Positions 45,498 through 59,339 of a DNA stretch of 64,000 nt are shown here, one piece after another. This DNA comes from Phoronis australis (lineage: Eukaryota; Animalia; Phoronida), in contig NMRA01000704.1 of the NCBI GenBank assembly GCA_002633005.1, positions 62,001-126,000 of the forward strand. The letters run 5' to 3'. A program made the translations under genes and the position numbers. The stretch's first letter is position 1, and each line of letters opens with the position of its first letter. The notes beneath the pieces were generated by a model. That model was not told the origin of the DNA. It was given only the letters and a program-made list of their open reading frames with translations, and did no database searches.

Positions 45498-48400
45498 CTA
45501 ATCTCGCTAGTGAATTGAAATTTGCTCCCACGTTGTGTTTGGGTTTACACAATTTAGCACTTATCAGAATAAGCGTTCGCTAGGGTTATGTGATAGCTGA
45601 ACGTCCAAATGACGTAAAAATAACAGTGGATGATTCCGGCATATAAATCGAGATATTAATTCCAGCCAACCAGAGCACGGGGAAATGTAACCACTGCGAC
45701 GGTACTCCATCTTGGCCAACAAACTTTAGTTGATAACGAAAGCAGAAACATGGCTTCTCGATGAGCTTGCGACACTGACAGTGCACAGATCGACGCTTTA
45801 CAGAGAACAAACACTAATTAAAATGCTTTTGGGATATAGAAACATGTGCTAAACCTTGTGATCAGCTGAACATACCGAGGAATATACTTCAGAATAAAAA
45901 AGCCCAAAGCACCATTCGCATTATTGTTATTTTCACGAGCATGTAAACCACCCCCTTTAGACGAATGGACATGCTGGTAGGGTACGCTTTTGACGTAATA
46001 GAGATTAGAAGGACGTTAAAAGACAGAGGTCAGCGTTAAATTTCACATGGTTAAAATGTAACAAATATCGTGGAAATTCAAATACCACTTGTTTCTCGCT
46101 TTACCTGCTGTGAAAAAGGTGGAAAATGAAATTTCAAGAACATAAATCACACACTTTTTAAAAACAGAACCAAGAATTATTTAACCGCTAAAATAATCGG
46201 CTGTTTGTCAGGATATGGCGGTTTACTCAACGTACATGTACACATGCAGCACGTACTTCAACAATCGCCAGTGATACTGTAGGTGACCACCGTTCTCGGT
46301 CGCGTTAAGGAGTCCTGGACTATTTTTGCTCTCCCTTACCTAACCTCATTCCCCAATGTTAGAAATAAGTTGGTAGATAAAACATTGGATATACCACTTT
46401 TTATTATCGGACCACGATCATTTTTGTTGCAGAAATACTCCGTTTCTACAAATTAAATGCATATTTTGTCAGATTGAGGGAACACATAAGTCAATGTAAT
46501 CTAAGACGAAACAATTGATTGCACGACTAATATATTCAAAATAGTTCATTCTTCACGTCATCTTGTGGACGATAATCAACGTTCTACCTTCAAGCATACT
46601 GGCAGTTTAAAAACATAACGTAAATACTAACCAAAAATTTCAAAATCTCTGTACGCGTTCGGGGAAGTAGAAAACGGCGATAATTGTATTGACAGGCTTT
46701 TGAGCTGTTGGCAAGCTCAGGAGTAGTTTAATGCACCACATGGACAAACGTCATCGTGGTGATGTCAGTGGTGTGGTGTTTCACATTTTGTGCAATGGTG
46801 GCGAGTGTGAAGACACTGGTGAGACAGAGCAGCCGCTCACTAAAGCGCTTGGCACTGCGACGCAGTCAATGATGCCAGTGGTTAAATATCCGCTGCGTTT
46901 GATCACATTAGTAACACGGGAAACTCGTTTGAGACATGAGGATCCTGAACACACAGTGAGAATTTAGGGTTTGAGCGATGGTGTCAGAGAGGCAAAGTGG
47001 GTGAAAACCAAGGATCCCTTTATGAATAGACTCGGATGGATCAGATTTGAGTTATCTGACTTAGGCTATGGTCTAGGGTCTTGCAGTTGTTGTCTATAAA
47101 CACCGACAGAGGGCGACGGAATTTTCGCGGGAACCAGTAGCCAGGTGGCTCTACAGAATTAGGTCCAGAAGTTGTCAGTAATTTACATATATTCTGCATC
47201 GAGTGATTCGCCTGGATGCACAAGAATGCTCACCTTATAATCATGTAAATGATCTAATACGAACTTTTCTTTGCACTGCATAGCTGCACTAAAATTGGTC
47301 TCAACCTTTTCTTTAATCAGGTGAGCTTATTTTCGCTTTTGTAAGAACAGTTATTTCGTTTTTCCTTGAGACATGCTTCTTGTACAAAATAATGAAACGC
47401 CGTGACTAACCTACCTGAAATGCCTTGTTTTTAAACAAGAACCAATAGTTATTTTGAAGCTCTGCATGTAATCGTTAAGCATCAATTTGAGACCAATTTT
47501 AACCGGAAGTGGCCTCTACTAAAAGGAACTTTGATGATGGAAGGCTTACAGGCACTTTAAATGGTAATGTAAAGCGGTCATGGTGGTGGTACCTAGCAAG
47601 CTCTTTGAATTGATCTGACGAAGCACAGTTGGTTGATGTGAATCGGTCGTGCTCAAAGAAAAAATACCGTTGCGTGTAACAGTTATCTTTTGTATAGCTC
47701 CATGGTTGTAACAGCTTTATTTTCAGGATAACATCGAATACAATCTGTTGTTATAATATGTACCCAAGGTACACCCTCCTTATTTGCATATGTCAAAACT
47801 AACCGTTGTCGAACATATCGGAGACACGTGTCCCTAACACCTAGGAATTGTTTCGAGTTCTCACTCACGTTTTCTTTTGCAAGTGTCGCGTAGAGGTGAC
47901 AATGTTCATTCAAAACAAAAATGCGGTTTATTAAATATGGACATCCAGGCCATTTACTTATGACATATATCAAACACAAATTAAATATGAGCACTGACTC
48001 TCCTGCACGTGTATATCGTAGCAGGGGAAGCACAATTTTCTAAGGAAGATGTCCTCGCGAATACAACGCGAAAACATCTTTTTCTGTTTTTCCCAATTTC
48101 GTCCCAATGAAGCTTCGTAAACGGCAAACAGGGCTCACAACATTAATGAAAAGTACATCGCATCCAAACTCCACAACTTTTCAAAAATTGTTTGGCGCGG
48201 GATTTTGGAATGGTTGGTGATTTACGGCAATGTCATAATTCAGGTGGCAGGACTACTCGGGTACGTCAAAACATTAGTAACAACTTGCAGAAAGGGCGAA
48301 CATTATATACTTCAGACAGCACAACAGAGAGAACTGAGGTGATGTTAGCATAGAACCAGTTTTATACATTCGTTAACTGTCACATCTTATTTCACAGAAC

Positions 48401-49681
48401 GACAGCATAGACAAATAGACTTCTAAATCTGGCTAAGTTTCTTGAACTAGACCCACAAGGTGCTTCTCCGAACCAGTACTTTCGCTGTAGGTTGTACGTG
48501 GTGTCTTCTGGTGTGGTCTCATCTACGTCATCCCATAGGCTTACTGGTGAGGAAGTAAGGTATGCCATTGGTCTAGGCTATAATTCGTCGAACGAAACAG
48601 GTTACGTCCATGTATCGCACTGCTTGAACTTTGTACCCACAAACCTCAGGGGACGACCTGCTTTTCTAGATCTGTTGCTTCAATTCACGAGGCCCATTCC
48701 GTTCTAAAACTTACAATTAGCTGAATTGATTGAATTAAAGGAATACGATTTCTGTATCATTTCATAACGTTGACGTGATTTTTTGTGATGATTATGCAAA
48801 CAATGACGTAAACAAACTCGCACGAGGAATCTAGAAATGTAATCCCAGTTGCATTATAATTAACACTGCCTGTCGTTTTATCGTGTATTTTTAAACAAAG
48901 GTAGGCAAAAGTAGATTGATACATTTTTGTGGGCGACAATTGTTAGACAGATGCACATGTATAAATTGTTCTGAAATTGACTTGATGTCTAGTCTGTTAC
49001 CTACCTACGATAGGAAGTGTAGAAAAATGATGATTTTCATAGGTGAGTTATATTTTATCTTGTTCTTAACTTGCACGTGTAAGTTGACATGGGGAGAGAG
49101 ATGGTTTTATCAGACTAGATGTTTGATAATACACTCTAAAAATATTAATTATGGTTTCATTCCAGATGCGTTCAATTTTACGAACGTTTGGAGTGGATTC
49201 AGGAATGTAGTACAGATAAACTATGTTTTGCGCTATTTGTGTATATTCCAGGCGAGTTCTGGCGTGGATTTAGAAATACAGTACATGTTAACAAGGTGTT
49301 GGGTTACTTCTACATATCATTCATGTATTATCTTTTAGGACAGCACTATAAAACGTTTCAGCCATTGCTCTTAGTTAAATTCAGAAATTGTTTTCAATGC
49401 TGAGACAATGAAAATGAGGTCGGTTTGAAAATTTGAAGAGGTATTTTGTAATTTGGAAAGTGTCCAATAAACGACAAACGTATTACCAATGTCCCTTCTG
49501 AATTTCGTCTACTGCTTCAAAATTTAAGTTATTGCCAGTTGAACAGACAGGCTTGTTCGTGATCTTAAAGATTGTCAATAACATCTATCTAACTTATATA
49601 CAAAAATGACAGTAAAATACAAACTGACGTACGCAACTTTTAATCAATTTTCGTGCATAACCATTGGGTTATATGTTCTTT

Positions 49682-49724
49682 AATGATAATAATAACAATA
49701 ACAATAACAATAACAATAATGATG

Positions 49725-49760
<36 letters not shown>

Positions 49761-49820
49761 GCTATGATAGTAACAGTAAAAGTAATAGTAATAGAAATAG
49801 TAATAGTAATAATAATGATG

Positions 49821-49858
<38 letters not shown>

Positions 49859-49884
49859 AATAATGATAATAATAATAATAATAA
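49682..49884 (+). repeat. Compound (AAT)n/(AAC)/(GAT) microsatellite
   Basis: Direct reading; explains the low-complexity ORFs at 49653-49933. Confidence 0.97.
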
Positions 49885-52492
49885 AACATTGGTGTCGGAA
49901 TTTTGCGAAATAAATTACGCTAAGAAGACCTAGCTTACTTAGACCTTAAACAAGACCATCTCAACAGACTTCATGATTTATGTTCACTGTTCATGCTCAT
50001 CAAGTCCAGCGGCCTGCTTGAGAAATTTTCCAAGACGTGTTTTATTGTTTTTGTTATCTATGACAGTTTTCACTGAAACCTCCACATCGTTCTTTTCTAG
50101 TGCATTCATTTGAAAAGTGAAACATCGGCCGACATCATGTTTTGGTGTTACATCATCTACCCAATATTTTGGACGGCTAGATTCTATTGTTCGACCAGTT
50201 GTTTCTGCAGGTCACTGTGGCTTTTTATCATCTGTACTATCGTTTGCAGTTGAGACCTGGCGTGCGTTCAGTATCACTTGGACTTACGCTACTACCTAGC
50301 TAAAACCTAGCCAAAGTCACGCTTCTCACACGGGAATATCTCACGTAATCTCGCGAAGTCTTGCTTTAGCGAGGTCCTGGCGTTACTGAACGGGAGGCTG
50401 GTCAGGGTCCTACCACGGCAGTAGGAGAGGGAGTTCACTTCTTTTGTTCTGCTGCAGTCAAAATGTGCTGGTTACAGATGGTTTCGTATCGAACCACATG
50501 TTCACCGTCTTTAGTACGTACCCCATAGAGACAGAGATTTGTTAATATGGATCCCTGATACATGTAGTTGCTGTGAAGAATTTAGTCAGAGATTCGTCCA
50601 AAATTATAATCTTTATATATCAATTGAATCTTTGGTGTCGTTTGATACTGCTACAGTCTTCAGTACAAATTTAGGATGCAGTTAAATTTACAAAAATGTA
50701 ATAAAGTAATTACTCCAACTGCCTATCCGAAATTTGCAGGTAAAGGTTTTCCGATAGGTAGTCAATTTTTATGACTCGAGCCCAGTCAATTTCGCAAAAT
50801 TTTATCGAAAAGAATGAACATTTCAAAATATTGTTTTACCTACCGCATTGCTTTGTGTTGGCCAGTTTCATCCTCGTTTCAATAACTATCTCGATTGCAA
50901 CGACTAGGTTTGGTTCCTGTGTTCATCGGTAGTTTTTCGAAAGGCGAAACATTTTTTGCGTGCAGCAGGTTATGAACAATTATATCAAAATCAAATTCTG
51001 TTTTAGGTTTCCCAATGTTTTTTGTTGATAACTCCTTTCTGTTTTGGTAATGACAATGAAAATACTGTTTGAAGCTCTATTCAGATTAGAAAAAATCGAG
51101 ATACCGCGAAACAATAAATAACTTCGGAAAATTATGGTGAAAATGGTCCCTTTGTAAGTCATTTTTATTGTGCATGCGAATTTTGGCAGGTATAGGTAGG
51201 TTACACGTAGTTGCATATCTTTTTTGCTGTCATATCCAAAATTCGTTCTGTTATTAATGTGTAAGACAAAGAGTAAACAATGCCGAAGGGACAATCGGGT
51301 GGCGTCAAATTGAGTAATGATAGAATTTTAGATTTAAACTCTGTTCTCTAAATCTCTAGGAATTCAATCTGGTAGAAATATGACCAATTGCACTTACGTG
51401 TACGTCAGATCGTTTTTGCACTCGTGAGAAAAATAACTAGCATTTGTTTCGAGTTTTCCTTGCTCATTATGCATTAAAAACATTAATTTGCTTTCCTCAA
51501 TTCTGGTCTGAATATAAAGGCTGCTAACAAAGAAAAGGCATATAAACATAGTTTGCCTGTGTTTCCCAAAAATTAGTTCTGGATATAGAAATGGTTTTGT
51601 CTACCTGATCGTTTCCGAGGAAACAGGGTCACCAAATTTTACTCTAACAGCGTTTGATATTTTCTCAAACATTTTGGCGAGCAGAGGTCGCAGCAGTTCA
51701 AAAATAGTGCATCCAGACATCATGTTAATCTTCTTCTGAATTCATTTGACTGGTGAACATTTTAGCTAATTACCACTTTGTGTGATTAATTTCGTATGGG
51801 CAATCAAAATAATTAGGTAATTCCCAATTCATCCAATTCCCCTGGCAATTAAATGTACGGTTTTCCGTGACGTCTTAATTCATGCAAGTATGCGATCGGT
51901 GTTATCAAAAATCGCAAATCCGGTCGTAGGCTCGTTATTGGGAAGGCGACGCCGTGTTTGTGTAGACACGAATATTGTTACTTACGTAAACATGTATGTT
52001 GTCACCGGTCACATCAAACTGAGCGCTTTGATTTATGAGCCACTTTAATAAATTGTCTGCTAATTAAATACCTGTACCAAAGATACCCGTTTTTGCTAAG
52101 ACTAGTCGTACGACATTTGTTAAAACAAGATGGGTTTTTGCTTAAGCCCACACGTTTTTCCACTGCTACGTTAAATTATTGAGTGCCCTTATATATGTAC
52201 CTGTACACATGCATTGGTGATCAACAATGTCAACATTTACCTCAGCTGCTGTATTCAATGTGCAAAACTGTATCCTCGGACAAACCAACAGCAAATCCCG
52301 AGGAATATACAATTTTGTCCCGGACTGGAATGGTTGACAAAATTGATTATATCTGCAACCCTTGCTTTGGATTACCTATTCCTTGTATTGCACTAAGTAA
52401 ATACATAACTTGATGCAAGCACTGTAATGACAAGATCTGTAATCACAGTCATTGTTGTTTTTCAGGAAGCTTGTTATTTGCTGCTGTCCCGG

Positions 52493-55400
52493 ATGTTCTA
52501 CCGAGTATATGCACTGAGTCCAACCTTATCTCATCGCGTAAGAGCGTTTAAGATTCTCTCACTGTAACAACGGAGAATTCCCAATACTTGCACGTGATTG
52601 TGTTGTTGAAACAGTCGATGGGAGACTTTCAGAAAGATATGGAAACTGATCACGTAGGGCGGGTAACATTTATTGCCAGCTGAGTGTACTTATTCTTCGC
52701 AGCCGGTAGCAGAGGGAGAACGTTTTGTCATCGCGAAAACAACTTTTCATAGTGTAAGCCATTAGACGTTAAGCGTTTTGAATAAAAGTTAAATGGCCCC
52801 ATTGTCCTCTAGGGGCTACTAGTATCCGGTCCCAAGTGATCAATCTCGCCCCGTTTCTTCTGAAAAAATCTCCCTTTACACATGTTACATGTAACGATAT
52901 GATTTTATTTCCGCATTTCCTGTCTCACAGTCCTATGTTCTGCAACTGCCTATTGTCCATTGCATGAAATAGGCCGCTGCGAAGAGTTATAATCGAACAC
53001 AGAAGTCTTGTATGAGATTTGCGAAATTAAACACATTTGTCCGAGGGAGTTTTAAGTTGAACTTCGGAGTTCTTAGTGAATGGTTCAGTCCATTAGAGCC
53101 CCAGGAAAAGCTGTGCGATACGTCAGCGTCACTCCGACGGATGGCACACTTTACCCAGATGAGCGGACTGAAGATTTAAAGTGCATGGCCGCGAGTGGAG
53201 AAGAAATGAATTTGTTTCCGTTCGCTTGATTTTGATAAAAATCTATAAGCTCACATTGTCCAGCATAAATACAAATGCATGTGACGTCAGACATGATCTT
53301 CAAAACACAGCTCTCTGGTATAGCTAAACTGTAAATTATCAGGCTGTCAGGTGAAATAGCTGTTGTGACCTTTTTGGAATGAGAGTTTTGACGAAAGACG
53401 TAAACGAATCGGGAACAGACCCGCATTCCCGTATATTTTGTGAAAGCCCGTTTAAAACTCTTGCTGAGAGGGTATTTTTTCAAAACTCCGTAAAATTTTC
53501 AAATTTTGCATTTTTTGAAATTGAAAGTCAAATAACTCAGAAACGGTAAATCTGAGAAAAAATTGTTAGAAATCGTTCCAAAGAATATACCTCAGAGAAT
53601 ACACATGCAAAAATTCAAGTCATTTCCTCTTCCCGTTTAAAATGGCGCTCTAGCACAATTGAAAATGGATGAAAACGCGTCATATCCGCCATCTTGAAAG
53701 CAACTTCCAATTAAGCAGCACTTAATAATAGTTTGCTACAGGAAACTAACACATAAAAAAATTCGAAGCAATTGGTCCTACAATGCGCCTTCTACAGGAC
53801 AAAACGTTTTCGTCCCGAAATCGAGGTGCGCATGCGCAATGGCCGATATTTCCGCCATCTTTGACCGGAAGTAAATGATTTCCAGTTTATATGTAGAACA
53901 CTTCAGGTACAATAATCGTTTGGGTTTTCAGCTGTGTACGTCAAAAATTGCGGTCCCTATGAGCATTTGAATCTGAAGTTGAAAACAAATTGGTCGCTAC
54001 GTCCGCCATCTTGAATCCGATCATGGCCAAAAACAAAAGACTTCCAGCTCTTTTGAAGGTACAAGTTTTGTAAAAATTTCGTGCGAGTCGGACGAAAATT
54101 GAGACCTGTATAGTGCGAACAATTAAAAAATAACTTGGTGTATGAGCAACATACTTGGCGAAATTTTCGTCAAGTGACAATTACAAGAGACCGCCCCTTT
54201 CATCGGCGCTTGAAATCAAAACTACGAAACGAAATTCCTGGGCTCGACTGTCACACATTTTTGAATCTCGTAGAGGGATTAAACCGATCAATTTAAGTCA
54301 AAGACTCGAAACATTGTAACCTTTTCAAAAGAATTTTAGGTTCACGCTTAAAACAAATCAACATAAGCATTAATGTCATTTTTTTCTGGAAGACGGAAGA
54401 ATACAGACCCACCTGACTGTCTACCTGAGCAAACTAGGTTTTTCTGCACGGCAGTCCAGCCCTCGGTTTCCTTCCTAAACGTTTATTCTAGAGAGGTTAC
54501 TCCTCCGGCGTGCTTCGGCTGTTTGCCTTTTTCACATACACTCAGATTAGTTTGTCTGTTTACGCCGGCGTCGACTGTAGCGCTATACACCGCACGGGTC
54601 AGCCATTTTCGCGGCCTCCACCATCGTCATGGACATGTATAGTAAGGACTCGTCTGCTCGGGAAGCTGGCACACGAGTTGACACTAGACGGATGAGTTCA
54701 CTCTTATCTACACTTCTGGCTGTTTCAAATGCTATTAAAACAAAAGTGATCTCTACAGATCTACTGCAACAAGGCCAATACAAGTCATACTGCACTTCAA
54801 TCCAGTGTTGTACTTGAACATTCTAAGGTACAATGATGTTTGATTTGCATAAAAGTGGCTGTAACCCCGAGTTTGGTCTAAGATATTCTAACATTGATTC
54901 AGGCCAATTACCGCTATGAACTTGGTCTCAGTTGGCTCCTTGCTCAGAGAAGTGATTTTTAGTCTTGTAAAGAACTGACGATTTTTATTTCTCGAGATTA
55001 AGCCGTGACAAGTGAACTTGTGGAGCCTGGTCTCAAGCGATAACGAATACATGTAGTTTTATATTCTTTGCAGCTCAAAAATTGCATCTGTTTTGTCTAA
55101 GGGATGATTTGAGACCAATTTTATAACGGTGGGTGGCTTAAATCACCAAAGCTGTTTTGTGACGAAAGGCGGATTGATACATGTAGCCGCTTTACACCCC
55201 GATTCGTTTTCTTTCAGGAAACCGTCTGGAATCACCGCGACAGTGTGGTATTACACGATCAGGTAGTAAAGAAGATAACGTTTCTTAAAGCATTCATTGC
55301 TTTCACTTTCTCCTTCTCAGATGTCAGAAAAAAATGATTTCAAAATTATAGGGCGTTTTTTGCCCCCCAAAAATGAAGGTCTCATTGTCCTGAAGAGGTT

Positions 55401-58400
55401 TCTGGTTTTCGAGTTTTTAGACATAATTAATATTTGTGTGTCCGCGGAAGAGAAAGTTTGCACGAAATCTGTTCACTAAAAGTGTATCTGGGAAAAACAT
55501 GATATGATAGCCGCACAAGTCGGTTGTAAAAATGTTTCTTCCGATTTTCCAGGAATGTTGAAGTCTGAAGCAAAGTAGAATAATTTTGTGACCATCAAGA
55601 TCTAAATTACACGGTTTTTTGAAAATTGGCATTATTTTCTTAGCGTTCTTCGGATCAAAAATTAAGAGGAATTTTTCTGTTTGCCAGGTACAGAAATGTA
55701 TAGGCCGAAATTTGCAGCACAAATTTCCTAAAATCATGACTTGCAGTGAACGCCAATTTTTTTCAATGAGACAAGAAGTGTGACGTGCATCGTACGCATA
55801 AACGAAACACTTTTATATTTCGCTGCCGACAGATTGCCTTACTCATGGGATTTAAAGGGGTATTGTGTACCAGGAAAAGGCGAATTTCTTATATCAGCTT
55901 CTCTCTTCACAGTCCGGCGGAGATAAAATCCAACAGATTCTGTTAAAAATATTTAACTCCGGCCTTGATGTCACCAAATGACTTACAGACAACGGCGCGA
56001 ATTGGCGATTTGTAATAAAATCCCCAAAACTAGGGATTATGTTGGTTTGTAATTTGGTCAAAGCTAATAACTTCAATAAATCTTTCCAATCCAACAATGA
56101 TTTCAAAAATGCGTTTTTTCGGACGAAAAACAATAATTTCCCTTTACCGTTAACCTTCATAAGGGGCCTCCAAAATTCATCATGGTGTAGAGCATTTACC
56201 ACTGTAGGGATACCGTTATTGACCACCCTTCCACACTTAAAGCGCGTATTCTTACTACCCACAGAGTACCATTGGCACAGAAGTTTCTCCTTTTCCCGTG
56301 GTAAATGTGCTTGTGTGTAGTCTTCATGTTCTGAGAATAGTAAACGTTCTATACTCGTGGTTGAGGATTCAGTTTCCGTGGTAAGTGTTATGTGGCCCGC
56401 GGTGATAGTGTTCGATAAGCACCCCTAATCTTATTTCATGACGATTACAGAAATAGCAACATGTGATTTCACTCGGCACTGTCATCAACTACGTAGTCAA
56501 CGTCATGGAGAGATGGTCCTACTCACAATCTACGAATCTCTTAAAGGTCAAGTAATTCGTTTACAGCCTAGGGTTTATGAAGTCTTAGGCAAGATGAGAG
56601 AGGTGAGATGCATATACCATAGATTAAAAAGTCATTAACATTACGCTTCTACGGTGTAGATATGTTTTGTGCCTGTTATTACTTACATACATAATAGAGG
56701 TGGCCTACAGGACTATCATTCAGGAAGCGTCGAGTCCTGATCGAGATGGCTAATACGTTTAGTTGCTAAAAGCGATATACTTTTTAACACCGAGGGCGCT
56801 AACATTGATATTGCTGGTATTCTACATTCGTAAGATTTCACTTGCGTTACTTAAGAGTTGTTAAACAATATCCTTATCAATGTATTTAGCCATTCACTTT
56901 CCATTGACGCATAATTAAAACATAAGGAAAGCGCTCGGAGGAGAGACACTTGCCTTGGCTAAATTAACTGGGAAGACATCAATGGAGATGGTGATGACGA
57001 TGATGATGACGATGGTGATAATGATGATGATGATGATGATGGTGACGATGATGAACAAGATTATAACTTTTATATGACGAACGAAGATGTCAGAAAAAAA
57101 GTAAGAAATAGTCTTGTTCAATAGAAGGTAAACCAACAAAGGTGCAGCAAAATCATTCAACAAAGGAACAGCGTTATCAGAAAATCTCAAATAATTCGAA
57201 AAGTAGACGTGTTAACGAAAAATGGAAAATATCTTCTTAAAGCCCGCTCCAAATTCTATATAAATTTTGTAAAAGTTTTGAAAAAAAATCCAATTTTGCA
57301 TTTTTTGAAATTGAAAGTCAAATAACTCAGCTACGGTAAGCCCGAGAACAAAATTGTTACAGGTTATTCAAAAGAATATACCTCAGAGAACCCACATGCA
57401 AAAATTTACGTCATTTGCTCTTCCCGTTCAAAATGACACCCCATCACGAATGAGATTGGATAAAAACGCTTCATATCCGACATCTTGAAAGGAGCTTCCA
57501 GTTAAGCAGCACTTGCTAATAGCTACTTACAGGAAACTGACACTTGAAAAAAATCTAAGCAATATGTCCTACAAAGCACCCTCAATTGGACAAAACGTTT
57601 TTCTCCCCGATGCGTGCATGCGCAATGGCCAATATTTCCGCCATCTTTAATATGATTTCGAAAACAAAATGGCTGCCACATCCACCATTTTGATTTCGAT
57701 CATGACCAAAACAAGAGACTTCCAGCTCTTCCAAAGATACAGGCTGTGTGCAAATTTTGTTGTGCGAATCAGTCGAAAAATGCGACCTGTAGAGTGCGAA
57801 CAAACAAAAAAGGAAAAAAAACCTAGTGTCAGAGCAGTATACTTGGCGAAATTCTAGTTCGCCAAGTAATTAGATTTCAAACCGATTCCATCCAATTTCA
57901 TCAAGAATCGCACTCTACACTGTACCACGCTCTCATTGCATTTACGTTTGGCGGTGTGCCTGTTGTTATTTAATTCCAGATTCCAGCGACCTTAGCATTT
58001 AGAACCATGCTTTAACTAAATTTTAAAGGTTTCATTTTCTTGTAACCACGAACAAAGTTCTGGCGATTGATCTTGTTTTCTCACTGTCCGACTGGGGCGC
58101 TATCTGTAGTTCCAGGTTCACAGCTTCATTCTTGAGACTGCTGTGTACTGAAAGACGCCAAATTGGTTAGTTGTATTGTGACACTTGTCCTCTCCCTCCA
58201 TGGCTGTCCGCCCGCTTCATTCATAATTACTCTCTTCCGAAAAAAACAAACATTTTATCGATCAAAATATAACTAATGACGTCATGTTCAGCCTTAATAT
58301 TATTGGCTAATTGAACTGAAATTTGTGCAAGTCGTACCAGGTTCCAGCGCGCACGTTACCATAGATATACACTGTAGGTTGTAGGTTCCATGTTGCTATG

Positions 58401-59339
58401 TCGCAGATCAAGAATGAACTGGAAATTGGCACTTGGAACGAAGTTCGAAGTTTCTGGTTACAAGTTCCAAGAGCATGAAACCATCGAAATTACGTTAAAA
58501 CATAGTTGAAATCGCAAAAGCCACTGGAAACTGTAATGAAATACGAATACACGGTCTCATGATCTTAAATTTTGTTTTACAGAATAGACGATATCCAGCA
58601 ATACTGAACAGCTGCAAAGGGACATGCAACTTATCTGGGCCTGTTTTCATTAGTCTCAACAATGGGGTCCAAGAGACGGTTCGTATGTTAATCTGTCCAA
58701 CATTTCACTTGACATGTTGCCGGTCTTGAAAGTCGACACTTATAATTATCCCTGGTTTTAGAATTACTTCCAACTCAGCTCTGGGCCCAAACTTAAATAC
58801 TTACATCTACGGCCGGTTAAGAATTAAGCAATTTGATGGCAAAATTCGACTAAATTGTGCGGGAAATGACAACAACATGCAAGAGGAAGAGAATTGCCCC
58901 CGAGGAGCATGCCTTTCTTTTTAAAACTCCCAGGGACTATTTTTCTGTCTTCATGTGTATCAATGATTATGTTACGGACGTCTTGACTGGGTGATCTGTT
59001 TTTCAGCTTATTCAAATCTACGAGCGTCTTTCAATGTTTGGTGTGGAGATGAAGCTGTTGCTACAAGAAGAGTCACGAATTCTGTTCGGACACGGATACC
59101 ACGTTAAGGATGAACTTGGCAAGCTTTTGAGTGACATAACAACTGTGTTGTGTAATTTCAAAATTGAATTGCCCAGACTCCTAGAAACAACATTTTTTGG
59201 AACGAATCCGCGCAACTATACAATACCTGAAACCAAGTATGGACTCAGGATATGCATCTTCCAGAAACTTAGTATTTTTCTTCGATTCTTAGAAGAGGTA
59301 AACCATATGTCATGGGAGCAAATTCAATTACTTAAATAG
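52493..59339 (+). CDS. Candidate spliced gene for a secreted four-helix-bundle cytokine-like protein (IL-6/LIF/Unpaired-like), possibly with a damaged donor
   Basis: Putative exons 52493-52537 (gtaaga donor), 54492-54689 (or -54641), 58583-58678 and 59007-59339, all phase 0; hydrophobic N-terminal segment and amphipathic helices; AATAAA at 60068. The donor after 54689 reads GG, not GT. Confidence 0.42.
53440..54180 (-). mobile_element. Helentron-associated (DINE/HINE-like) element, family B
   Basis: Shares aattttgcattttttgaaattgaaagtcaaataactca with 57110-57870 and 41875-42078; degenerate terminal palindrome tacttggcgaa..tcgtcaagt; repeated ccgccatctt. Confidence 0.65.
54901..55138. mobile_element. 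Small Harbinger-like MITE (related copy at ~47285-47515)
   Basis: Inverted ends ggccaattaccgctatgaacttggtctc / gagaccaattttataacggtgggtggc; the same ttggtctc..gagaccaatttt pair occurs at 47292-47501. Confidence 0.5.
56985..57053 (+). repeat. (GAT)n imperfect microsatellite
   Basis: Direct reading. Confidence 0.9.
57110..57870 (-). mobile_element. Helentron-associated element, family B, second copy
   Basis: High similarity to 53440-54180; perfect palindrome tacttggcgaa-attctag-ttcgccaagta at 57840-57868. Confidence 0.68.
59007..59339 (+). CDS. Putative terminal exon of the cytokine-like gene (helices B-C-D)
   Basis: gtttttcag acceptor, then 110 open codons: LIQIYERLSMFGVEMKLLLQEE..VKDELGKLLSDITTVLCNFKIEL..YGLRICIFQKLSIFLRFLEEV..stop. 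Confidence 0.55.
   Translation, partial: LIQIYERLSMFGVEMKLLLQEESRILFGHGYHVKDELGKLLSDITTVLCNFKIELPRLLETTFFGTNPRNYTIPETKYGLRICIFQKLSIFLRFLEEVNHMSWEQIQLLK

Noticed and set aside
46740-46872. Hydrophobic-then-basic peptide VIVVMSVVWCFTFCAMVASVKTLVRQSSR
   Set aside because: Short, bounded by stops, and no partner exons found.
49653-49933. Poly-Ile/Asn/Tyr ORFs
   Set aside because: These are translations of a trinucleotide microsatellite.
52571-52632. kappaB-like motifs (ggagaattccc, gggagactttc) in the first intron of the cytokine-like gene
   Set aside because: Imperfect short matches expected by chance; unsupported without functional data.
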